64,000 nucleotides of DNA from Histomonas meleagridis 2922-C6/04-290x (taxonomy: Eukaryota; Protista; Parabasalia): assembly GCA_020184695.1 (NCBI GenBank), contig JAANOX010000214.1, positions 62,001-126,000 of the forward strand, in the 5' to 3' direction. The notes beneath the pieces are model-generated. The model ran no database searches and was not told where the DNA came from. It worked only from the letters and a program-made list of their open reading frames with translations. The position numbers were made by a program, and so were the translations under genes. Of this stretch, positions 42,309 through 52,400 are shown one piece after another (positions within the stretch are counted from its first letter, which is position 1; each line of letters opens with the position of its first letter).

Positions 42309-42692
42309 ATGAAAAAAACATTGTTTCCTCAATCAAAATGTAAGGATATTGCTACAAGTGACCCTGATGTAAAAGAAATATCAAAGCAAGCAGTAGATAT
42401 TTTAAGAAAATCGGCTGAATTTTTTGCTGATCAGTTACTCCAAAAAATCTTTGAAGAAGCAAAAAGAAAAAAAAGAGTGACTGCAAACATTCAAGACTTC
42501 AATAACGTTGTAAGTAAAGATCCTGTCCTTTTACAAATGTTAGGACAATTCTTCTCACAATCAAAAACTGAAGACGAAGAAATAAGAGAAAATGAGAATG
42601 AAGATTTAAACGAAAGCGAAAATGAAGAAAATGAATGGAATGAAGGAAATGAAGAAATTGAAGAAAATGACAGCACTACAGAAAATATGTAA
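42309..42692 (+). CDS. Histone-fold protein (NF-YC/NC2-alpha/DPB3-like) with acidic tail
   Basis: FPQSKCKDIATSDPDVKEISKQA...SAEFFADQL...AKRKKRVT..IQDF pattern. Confidence 0.75.
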   Translation: MKKTLFPQSKCKDIATSDPDVKEISKQAVDILRKSAEFFADQLLQKIFEEAKRKKRVTANIQDFNNVVSKDPVLLQMLGQFFSQSKTEDEEIRENENEDLNESENEENEWNEGNEEIEENDSTTENM

Positions 42693-43018
42693 ATTGATTC
42701 ATGAAGAATCATATCTGTATTATTACATAAATTTTTATTTAAAATGGTATGGAATAAAAATAAATTAAACTTCGTTATATAAATATTTTTACTGACTTAT
42801 AAAAAATCTAATGAAAAACAAAAAACACTCAAAAAACAACTCACATTTTATTCTGATATCAAACATAAAGAGCTGACTAATTTGATCTAAGTATTTTACT
42901 TTTTGCACTTTAATTTTGAACCAAAACAGAACCCCTTCCCCGGGATGTTTAAACGTTCATTCTCACTTCACTTTTTTGATCCAAAATTGACTAGCTTTGT
43001 TTTATTTTAAAATAGATT

Positions 43019-43903
43019 TTGGAAATTTCCCCACCAGTTGACCAGCAAGCAAAATCATTTTTCCAAAGGTTTCTCCATCACTTTAAATATGGAAGCTTAC
43101 CATTTGGAAATGATTATCATTCAAATCCATTTTTAAATTTTCCTTTTGAAGTTCATACAGGGCCAATTTCAGATGCAATAGCACTAGCAAAATCTAATGG
43201 AAAACTTCTTTTTTTATATATTTATTGTAGTGATAGTCTCATTTCATCAAATGTGAATGAAATCTTATGTTTACCAAATGTTTCTGAATCAATACGTTTG
43301 AATTTCATTTTTTGTGCTATTGAATGTACTACACCTGAAGGCTGGGAAATTGCAATTAATTTCAAATTTGAAAAAATCCCAATAATTGGAATTCTCAGAC
43401 CACATGGCGATACGCTTAAACAATGTGACCTCCTTGTTAAGCACGAAGGTCCTATTGGTGAAGTTGGGATCATATCATATTTTTCAATTGTTCATCAAAA
43501 TGAAACTAACTCAAGCATCATCCAACAACAAGACATTGAGTATCTCCGTGCTGTTCAGGAGGCAGAAGCCAACAATATGACCACACAGGAAATCGAAGAA
43601 GAAGCTCTTCATAATGAGCAAATTCGAATTGAGGAAGAATTCAACAATTTGCCAGTGCTCTCCGAAGACGATGACGCCTCTGTTGTGCGCTTCAGGTTCC
43701 CGGATAGCACCACGCAGGTCCGAGCGTTTCCGAGAGATGGTCCCGCGAAAATGATGTACACATTTGTCAGGAAATTCATGTTTCCAAACCGGTTTAAGCT
43801 TCTGGTGGGATTCCCTATGCAAGAGATACAGGATGACAACACTCCCATTAGAATGCTTTCACCAATGAACCATTTTATTGTTTTGGTTGGCGATGATTCG
43901 TAA
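43019..43903 (+). CDS. UAS + UBX domain protein (FAF2/UBXD8-like p97 adaptor); no ATG at the 5' end
   Basis: AIALAKSNGKLLFLYI..(UAS), then a coiled coil, then VVRFRFPDSTTQVRAFP...FKLLVGFP (UBX). Begins with TTG two codons after an in-frame TAG. Confidence 0.8.
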   Translation: MEISPPVDQQAKSFFQRFLHHFKYGSLPFGNDYHSNPFLNFPFEVHTGPISDAIALAKSNGKLLFLYIYCSDSLISSNVNEILCLPNVSESIRLNFIFCAIECTTPEGWEIAINFKFEKIPIIGILRPHGDTLKQCDLLVKHEGPIGEVGIISYFSIVHQNETNSSIIQQQDIEYLRAVQEAEANNMTTQEIEEEALHNEQIRIEEEFNNLPVLSEDDDASVVRFRFPDSTTQVRAFPRDGPAKMMYTFVRKFMFPNRFKLLVGFPMQEIQDDNTPIRMLSPMNHFIVLVGDDS

Positions 43904-44304
43904 TAATTTTTATAGTGGAATAGTATTAAACATATGTTAATGTTTGAAACTGTATTTTATGTTCATAACTCTCATAAACCTTTCATTGCAAATGTGTGCA
44001 CTCATTTTCATACAAGCAATGATTGTATTTACCATTTTTTTCAATAAGAGAAAACAAATTACCAATTTATCCACATTCACAATAGATCTATAGATAAGAT
44101 ATAATTGTTTGAATAATTGGAGAAAAATATTTCACATTTTGTTCATTTAATAATACACAAACTTCAAAATACATTTGACTTTCTTCTTGTTTATAAAACA
44201 TTCAACAACAAAGTTGCAAACGAACAGAAAAACATATTTAACTTCTTTATGTTTGTAAAAGATATTAAGAGAATTCGCATACAATAAAATTTCATTATTA
44301 TCTT

Positions 44305-46020
44305 TTATTGTTTTTCGAGGAATGGTTGGAATGCAATTTCGAATGCAGCGATTGGTGTTGTTAATCCGAAGTTAATTAACACCTGTGGATGTATTACTCC
44401 TATCCATCCTATTACGTTACCCTTAAACACAATTTTTGCTCTTTGCCCCGGTATGCACGTTGGGCAGTCTTCTCTTTCCAACTTAACATTTGCTCTATCG
44501 ACTGCGTTCATTACGAAGAACCTATCCAAGAGTCCATGGATATCTTCGAACCTCGACTTTACGTCTGCGATTGAAGCAGCAAAATGTCTTTCGTTTTGTG
44601 CATTGTTTTCCGCTTTATCATCTTTCTTACATACATCGTTGATTTCGAACAATCGTAATGGGAGTGGCTTCTTAATGTTTGGCTGATCGAATATATTTCG
44701 TGTAACTTTAAGAAGACCAGAAATAAGTTGTGTACGAACGACTTCGAAATCAGTTGTTTTAGCATTCGATATTCGGACCGCTGATCCATCATCTTTAAGA
44801 CATAACATATCGAAGTTTTCCTTCAATGAACATAATGAGAAAGTAAGGATTTCATTGTATAATGAAGCTGAAACTTCATGACGAACACGATCAGTTAATT
44901 CATTGATTGGTAATGCACGGCCTGATGGAATGCGGAATGTTTTATTCTTGGCAATGTTATCATAGCCATAACTGATTGCGACATCTTCTGCAATATCACA
45001 TGGATGGAGAATATCAGACCTTGATAATGGTGTTGTAACTTTAAGAATTCCATTATCAGATGCTTCGGCTGTGACCATCATTCGCTTAAGATGTGATATA
45101 ACTTCAGTCTCTGTAAGTTCTGGTATACCACAAAGATTACGAATATAGTTAATGTCAACGTTGAAAGTTGAGACATCAAGTGATGGTGACGCAACAGTTT
45201 TGCCGTTTTCAATGACATTAACTTGTTCAATTGTAAACGGCGTCTTTGAATAGAGTGAAAATGCGTGGCAAATGACAATGACAGCGTTGTTGGCGCGTGT
45301 GTAGTCAATGGCTGTGCATTCAATAAAGACATTGGTGGTGTCAAGTGTTATACGTGTCTTATATGAGTTGATGATGGGTGGTAGTGACATGACATCGCCT
45401 TCTCCATCTCGAACAACTGGCCAAAGTTTCTCATTTTCAATAAGTGGAAGATATTTGGAAAGTTGTTGATGTGTTGAAAGATTGGCAAAGAGTTGACGGC
45501 CATCAACTTCCTCTCCACCCATTAATGGAACAAATTTGATTTGCTCAGGTGGTTCAGCAGTGTATGTAAATGGTGTCTTGCATTTGTCAAGATCATGTGT
45601 ACCAATAGATGCAAGTTTCCTACGACGACAAAGACTTTGATGAAGTTTTTCTTGGTAATCTATGAAGGATTGATAAGATTCTTGAGTAAATGTAACATTA
45701 CGAAGAACTGCACAAATAATGTATGGTCTAACACTGCCAATTTTGTCGTCCAAAGTCATATTAAGTTTTGGTGGAACAATTGTATACTTTGGATGCTCAC
45801 CACCAAGAAAAACTTTGAGTGCAATAGCAATGGATTCAACGCAAAGAAGATCTGGACGATTTGCTGGAACATCAATCTTGTATGTGAGTTCTGGCTCAGT
45901 AATGACATCATCTAATTCGAGACCATAACGAAGGAGAAGAACACGAACTTCTTCCTGGGTCATGGGTTCAACTCCCATTAACTTGAATAAAGTTGGTGGG
46001 TGGACTGATACAATAGGCAT
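44305..46020 (-). CDS. FARSB: Phenylalanyl-tRNA synthetase beta subunit
   Basis: MPIVSV, IDVPANRPDLLCVE, QEKLHQSLCRRRKLASIGTHDL, SLPPIINS, RSDILHPCDIAEDVAISYGYDNI and IGVIHPQVL motifs. Confidence 0.97.
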   Translation of the reverse strand: MPIVSVHPPTLFKLMGVEPMTQEEVRVLLLRYGLELDDVITEPELTYKIDVPANRPDLLCVESIAIALKVFLGGEHPKYTIVPPKLNMTLDDKIGSVRPYIICAVLRNVTFTQESYQSFIDYQEKLHQSLCRRRKLASIGTHDLDKCKTPFTYTAEPPEQIKFVPLMGGEEVDGRQLFANLSTHQQLSKYLPLIENEKLWPVVRDGEGDVMSLPPIINSYKTRITLDTTNVFIECTAIDYTRANNAVIVICHAFSLYSKTPFTIEQVNVIENGKTVASPSLDVSTFNVDINYIRNLCGIPELTETEVISHLKRMMVTAEASDNGILKVTTPLSRSDILHPCDIAEDVAISYGYDNIAKNKTFRIPSGRALPINELTDRVRHEVSASLYNEILTFSLCSLKENFDMLCLKDDGSAVRISNAKTTDFEVVRTQLISGLLKVTRNIFDQPNIKKPLPLRLFEINDVCKKDDKAENNAQNERHFAASIADVKSRFEDIHGLLDRFFVMNAVDRANVKLEREDCPTCIPGQRAKIVFKGNVIGWIGVIHPQVLINFGLTTPIAAFEIAFQPFLEKQ

Positions 46021-46337
46021 GGCTTGAAGTGGCTGGTCGCCAATTCTCAATTTTTCAGAAGTTAAGAATTTTTCTGTCGATTGAATGGGAAATGATCCAA
46101 GACGATATAATTCGATTGAATGCATACTTATCGTCGACCAGCAAAAAAGAGTCAAATTATTGTGTAAAAAAAAATAAAAAATTAGCTATATCAGAAGTGA
46201 AACGTAAAAGAAATAGTTGGTTCGAAATAAATTATGAAGCTAGATTAATAATTTAAAAACTTTCATTGCAGTTGATTAAATTCGCCACTTTTTAATAATA
46301 TGATAATTGACTATGTTCGTTTGGTTAACTATACAAA

Positions 46338-46952
46338 ATGTCAAACCAAATTCCTTTAATTGCTGAACTTTCGAATTGCCTTTTTGCATACAAAGAAACA
46401 TTCCTAAGAATTTTAACTTGTATTCAAAACGCATGTGATTCTCACAAAACATACGATTCGTCAATAATTATTCAAGTACAAGATCTCTTAAGCATCGATG
46501 CTGAATTAAAACGTCATTTATCAAAGGTGGATCAATGGAATGAACGGCAAGCCCAAATTAAGGCACTAGAAGAAGAATTGTCGCAATTATCTGGAAGAGT
46601 GAATAAATTTGCCAAAACACTTTCATCAACAGAAACTGCTCTTCAAGGATGTCTCATGCTAGCCAACAAACTTCAAAAAGGTGTAATACAGAGACGCCAA
46701 TTATCAACGATAGACGAAATCTTCAACACAGCAAAGTTGATTGGTCCTGCTGCTTCTGGTTCATGGCGTACAGATTTTACTTATCCATGGATGCCTGATC
46801 CAATGCAAATGCAGAGTGGCGCTATTAAAACAGAAACAGTTGCTATTACAACACCAAATGTTGCAGCTCACTCAGTCTCAATGGATCCAATTATGACAAA
46901 ACGTGAACTTGCGCTTCCAGAAGATTATGAAAGCACATCAACTGAAGAATGA
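46338..46952 (+). CDS. Mediator subunit 4-like protein
   Basis: Coiled-coil N-terminus, then IDEIFNTAKLI...W...YPWMPDPMQMQSG, resembling the Med4 C-terminal motif. Confidence 0.6.
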   Translation: MSNQIPLIAELSNCLFAYKETFLRILTCIQNACDSHKTYDSSIIIQVQDLLSIDAELKRHLSKVDQWNERQAQIKALEEELSQLSGRVNKFAKTLSSTETALQGCLMLANKLQKGVIQRRQLSTIDEIFNTAKLIGPAASGSWRTDFTYPWMPDPMQMQSGAIKTETVAITTPNVAAHSVSMDPIMTKRELALPEDYESTSTEE

Positions 46953-47699
46953 ATAAAATGATTTTTGTTTTTATATCACATATTATGTGTTTGGTATTCT
47001 TAGATTCTAGAATTTTTAACATTTGTTAACAATTGTTTAAATTTAAACACCAAAAAATTAATGTAATAAATATTTGCTTGGAATATGTATCGTTCTTCCA
47101 CTTTTTATGTATTTTACTTTTATCGTTTAGTTTAATTCGAATTCATTCGTTTTTTGCTCTTTTGGGCTCTCTTTTCACATTAAGTTCTTCAATTATTACA
47201 GTTAATGAATATTTGACTTTTGTTTATATAAAGACCCTACATCTGTTGATGAACAATGATTCAACATGATAGAATAATTTTTGAAGGCCCAATATTTTTA
47301 TATATAGCAGAGATATAATAAAAATTTCTTTAACATTTTTATTTTTAGTATTGTATCTAGTGGTTACATTGTTATAATGATATTAAGATTTTTGTCGACG
47401 TATAATCAAATTTATTGTATATATGTACATATGTGTTAATATTGATATTTTATATATATGAGTTATAGTTACTTTTATTTCATATTTTTAATTTAAGCTA
47501 GCTAATATATATGAAGAGATATAATAATAGTGTGAGGTGATCCATAATGTGCTCTCAAAGTGAACGTTTAATGATTGTTTACCGTTTGCTATTTAATTAT
47601 TCGAAGACTAAAGAATTAAGCCAAATTTATGAAATTTTAAATAACAATTAACTTTTGTTAAATGGATATATATTACTGATATTTTGAAAAGAAAAATTT

Positions 47700-48450
47700 A
47701 GATATAATAATTCTATGCCAAAATAAAAGGCTATGATTAATGTTGATGTAGCTAATTTGACAAAATCTTCAAAAATTTTCAAAATTTAGACAGTTTCAGG
47801 TATGATAAAAATTTTTAATGTTACTTAAGAGTAACTAAATACAATACAAAATTCTTATCAAAAATTTGAACAATTTATTATAAATAACTTCAAAAATTCT
47901 ATTGATTCCGAATTTGTTTTTCAACTTCAGCCAATTAACCATTCAAATCCTTGTATTTTAATGTAATTTCTTCCAATTGTAGCAATACAGATATTACCAA
48001 AAAATTAGATGAATTAAAAATTAATATTTAAAATTGAACTAATTTCAGTATAAATGGATATGCTGCAGACGGTGATAATTCTTATCGGCACTTTTCGAGA
48101 GATCAAGTTTTGAATGAAAAAATTAATCCATTGATATTAAAAAGAAGTAGGTATTGGTTTTTATAGCATTAAAATCAATATACACCAGATATTGACCAAC
48201 TTAAAAATGATTTTTGCAAGGAATACAATTTGCCATCAATTATTATGTCAAATGAAAAAATTACGAAAATGCATGATTATTTACCAATTAAACGATTTGA
48301 CATTAATGTATTAATTAATACATTAATAAAATCTGTTGACAAATCTCAATATCAAATTTTAAATATTTTCTCCCATGGTCACTTTTTATTATTTCAATTA
48401 ATAACTATCACATTACTGTCAAAAGTTAATGTAAATATCTGAAACTAGCA
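47700..48450 (+). mobile_element. Decayed P-element-like transposase fragment
   Basis: Scattered frames give KAMINVDVA, EFVFQLQPINHSNPC, NGYAADGDNSY and ILKRSRYWF, matching the fragments at 53.5-55.1 kb and 61.6-62.1 kb. Confidence 0.5.
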
Positions 48451-48552
48451 TTGGCGTATTTCAAACAATTTTCTTATCTTTGATGTAATAATTTGATGAT
48501 TGAAAAGGCACCATAATTAGTTTATTGAAATTTGAAAAAATTCGGGCACGGA

Positions 48553-48573
48553 AACCGCCGCGTAGCGGCGGTT
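48553..48573. other. Perfect GC-rich hairpin AACCGCCGC-GTA-GCGGCGGTT
   Basis: 9-bp perfect stem with a GTA triloop in an otherwise AT-rich background. Confidence 0.9.
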
Positions 48574-48691
48574 AAGTTTAAATTTTTTGATTCTCATACA
48601 AAGATAAAATTTTCGCGCACCAAAACCGTTCAGTTTTTGAATGAAATAATCGGCCATTTAATCTAATGGATTTCGAAAATTCCTCAATGCA

Positions 48692-49613
48692 ATGGAAGCT
48701 GATTCAGCTTTCGTAATCGCAGCTAAAACTCGAGAGCAGTACGAAAATATTCTAACACTCTATCAAGCAATCAATATTATTTCAAATACACCTCAGCTAT
48801 TCCCCGATCACAGTACAAACTCTAAGAGCATTTTTAACTTATAGAAAACGTTGTGGATGTCGTTACTGAAGCTGAAAAATACGTGTTCAGCAAGTGCATT
48901 TTATTGCGAAAAAAATAATTTAGAAGATATTATGAAAGATAAAAAAAATTAAAAATTAAATGAAAAGTTAATTACATATATTAAATGATGAAGATTATCC
49001 TTGTGCTGCTGATACATTAGCATATAACGTACTAATCAAAATTATTGCGACCGTTAAGGAAAATAACACCGAAAGTTTAAGAGATGTTGCAATGATGTTT
49101 CTACAATTTCGACTGATGTTGAGAATTTCAGAAGTAATTAATTTGAATTCTGAAGATATTGATGTTGCAGGGGATATTTATAAAATTAGAATAAAAAAAT
49201 CAAAAACTGATCAATCAGGAATAGGACGATTAATAATATATAAAATCAAAGCAAAATGCGAACAATTAATTTTACTATCAAATAAATATTGTGTGGATGT
49301 CGAACGAACAGGGCCATTATTCAAAGCTTTCAATATTTATCACCAGCCTCTAAATAATCGCAGAATTAGTGATTCAACAATTAGGAGAAAATACAAAATA
49401 TTATCCGAAGCTCCTGGATCTGATGCGACTATGTTTTCCACTCATTCTTTACGAAAGGGTGGTGCAAGATATGCTGCCTTGAACTGAGCGATTTCGGCAA
49501 CAATACAATATACTGGAGGATGGAGATCTTCCTGTATTTCAAGGTATACCGCAGTTAATGCCGAAGAAGCATTTAAAGATTTGGAGAAAATTTATCAACA
49601 AACAATTGGTTAA
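48692..49613 (+). pseudogene. Tyrosine recombinase 1 (SAM-like domain plus catalytic domain), disrupted
   Basis: LRISE (R), KSKTDQSG (K), STHSLRKGGA (HxxR), GGWRS and SRYT (Y) motifs. In-frame TGA at 49485-49487 and 5' frameshifts. Confidence 0.9.
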
Positions 49614-49642
49614 AAACAAACTTTTTGTATTCAGAAACTTCC

Positions 49643-52024
49643 ATTCTATGACGAGATTTAATAATTTTCGGAAAACCGTAAAATCCCATTAAAAATGTCG
49701 TGACCGAGGTCGGTCACAAAATGAACTTTGAAGACTTCATTGAGGCAACAAAAAAATCGGAAGCATTCTCTATTATGAATCCTTTATATATTAGCACATA
49801 TAAATCATATTTAAATGATTATGAAAAAACAATGAAAGAAATACACAGAGCTCCTTCACAATTTCCTCTGACAGAAACAAAAATTAGAGAATTATTACGT
49901 ATCAAATTAAATGTTTGTCAACCACCAATACAATATAGCACATTTGAATCATTTATTTCTAGTTATTCTTATTACTTCGATTCTCTATAACAAAATAATG
50001 AGGCAAAATCACTCGAATTCCAAAATTACATTAAATCAATTAATGAAAACTTGGAGTTTTTTATATAAAAGCAAAAAAGTCAATTATAGGGGGTGGAAAA
50101 AGTCCGTTCGTCAGGCTCTCTTTTTGATTTATAATATTAGATATTTATAAAATCAAGTTATATAAATAAATTCATGATGAATATATTATCATTTTTATTA
50201 TAATACTTTTTCCCAAATGGCTATGATGCATTAAGTAAAACAACTTTTTTTCAGGATACCCTTCGAAAGAGAACGTTCAATCATTCTTATGTCAGTCCCA
50301 ATTGAGGAATTACGTTCTGTTGTCCATTTCCTTTGGTTAGAATCAAATGAAAATCGAGATGTATATAGACGATTATGTGCTGTATATGATGATAATATTA
50401 TTACACTTCGAACAGTTCAGATATGGACAAAAAAGATGAATGAACATACCTTCTCAATTTTCGAATCGAAAAAAACAGGGAGACCAAGAAGATCAGATTT
50501 AGATCAAAAAATAACCAATTTTATATGAAGTTATCCATATGCATCGACGAAGAAAATTGCGAAAAATGTAGGTGAGGATCCAAAAACAGTGAAAAATATT
50601 ATGGTTAATATTTTAGGGATGGAAAAATTTAACTTCAAATGGATCCCACATAAGTTGACTCCAGAAATCAAAGCCAAAAGAGCCGCCATTGTTTCTGAAT
50701 TATTCGAATTCCTTTCTAGTTCAAATGACCACAGACTAAGGCATATATTGACACAAGATGAAACCTGGATTTATTTTGTCAACGGGAGAAACTCGATGTG
50801 GATCGAATTTGGAGTGCAAAAATCAGACAAACCCAAACTAACTATTGCCTCCAAAAAAGTAATGATATTCGTTATATAATCTATAATTGGTATCAAATCA
50901 ATAACAATGCTTCCAATAGGTCAAAAATTTAATCGAAATTTTTTTTCTGAAATTGTACTTGGAGATTTGGCAAAAAGAATTTCAACTGAGGGGTATTTTT
51001 TGCATATGAATAACTCCCGTCCTCATTTGGTTCATGAAAAATTGAATGAATTGGGCATTAAATTGCTTCCGCAACCCCCGTTTTCGCCAGATCTCGCACC
51101 GTCTGACTTTTTTCTGTTCAAATATCTAAAAAAAATACCCGAAGATGAGGAGTTTGAAGATGAAGATCAACTTTTTCAAAAGGTTGAGGCATTATCGAAT
51201 AGTATTCCTAAAGACACCTGCAGAGCCGTATATAATGAATGGATGAACAGACTTTTAATTACAATTGAAACTCAAGGTGAATACATAGCATAATAAATAA
51301 ACAAATTTTCTTTTACTTTTTTATTTTTCGAAAAAAGGCTGACGAACGCACTTTTTTCACCTTATATATATACAAAAGAAAATATGATCAAAATTTTTCA
51401 AAACCATGAATCAGAATCAATATCCAGATGTAGAATTTTTTGCTGCAACTTCTCTTTCATAATTTGATTTTCTAAGATTTTCTGAATTATCAAATCTTGA
51501 GTTTAATGATATTAAACATGAAAAAGATGGAATTTTTTTGGATATTAAACAATCATAAAATAATCCATTATCATGTGGTACTATCTATTTCATATTAAAG
51601 AATGACCCTATCAAACAATCGCATAATCCATTTAATTGGGTTAAACTTCTTTTTTCGCTTAAACAATTCGAACAAAATGAAAAAGTTCTTAAATTTTCTA
51701 ATAAAACATTATCGAGAAAAATTAAAAGTATCATGATGAAGATTAAAATTAAAGAACACAATGAATATTCTTCCTATTACCTGAAAAAAGGCGGAGCGAA
51801 TGCTGCCGCAAAACTGGGAATTTAAGATAATGTAATTCAACGCCAGGGAAGATGGCGATCCACGATATTTATGGAATACACCAAAATGGAACGAAAAGAT
51901 GCTGGAACAATAATATCAAGCTCAATTTAATAAAAATCATCTAAAAAAAAATTGTATAATTTTAGTCGACATTTTGAATGGGATTTCATGGTTGTCCAAA
52001 AATTATTAAATATTATCATAGAAT
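49643..52024 (+). mobile_element. Tyrosine-recombinase-only element (YR2) bounded by about 58-bp inverted repeats, split by a mariner
   Basis: 49657-49700 matches the reverse complement of 51967-52010 at 39/44, extendable to about 49643 and 52024. YR2 pieces at 49721-50086 and 51375-51930 rejoin as YIKAKKSI|TKENMIKIF. Motifs FLRFSEL, YYLKKGGA, QGRWRS and MEYTK. Confidence 0.8.
50087..51372 (+). mobile_element. Mariner (D,D34D-type) transposon, inactive, inserted at a TA inside YR2
   Basis: TIRs GGTGGAAAAAGTCCGTTCGTCAGGCT vs GGTGAAAAAAGTGCGTTCGTCAGCCT, with TA duplication. Fragments: HTH (ELRSVVHFLW), WIPHKLT, TQDETW, HMNNSRPH, PFSPDLAPSDFFLF; several stops. Confidence 0.95.
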
Positions 52025-52229
52025 TTTATGTCTATAAGAATTTTAGAATCTGAGCAAGGTAACATTTCTCTAAATAGACCTAGCTCAAATCTATTTGAAC
52101 ATTCTTTTGATGTTTTAAGAATGAAAGCTAGAAAGAATGATTCTATATGTAAATTTATTAATGACATTAAAAGGGTCAACTTCATGAGGTTACACAAAAG
52201 CAAGCACATAAAAACATAGATCAGACACA

Positions 52230-52400
52230 GAATAACTGATTTTGGAAAAATTATTGAGCTTGATGGTACTTTCTATGATGAAAATTTGAATAGTTTATTA
52301 TATTCAATTGTGAGATTTATACTTCAATGTGAAAGATTCATGTTATGAAGCTTTCATGAATGAAATTAGGGAAATTTTCGGAAAATAACAAAATAATAAT
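52230..52400 (+). mobile_element. Possible MULE-like transposase scrap
   Basis: KIIELDGTFYDENLNSLLYSIV resembles the Mutator DGTF motif; very decayed. Confidence 0.3.

Noticed and set aside
17803-46464. Numerous 60-136 aa overlapping ORFs (e.g. 17803-18072, 21686-21976, 22431-22712, 31862-32272, 41428-41742, 43511-43822, 45541-45915)
   Set aside because: They are shadows of well-supported genes, favoured by repeats or the GC-rich patches, and have no recognisable motifs.
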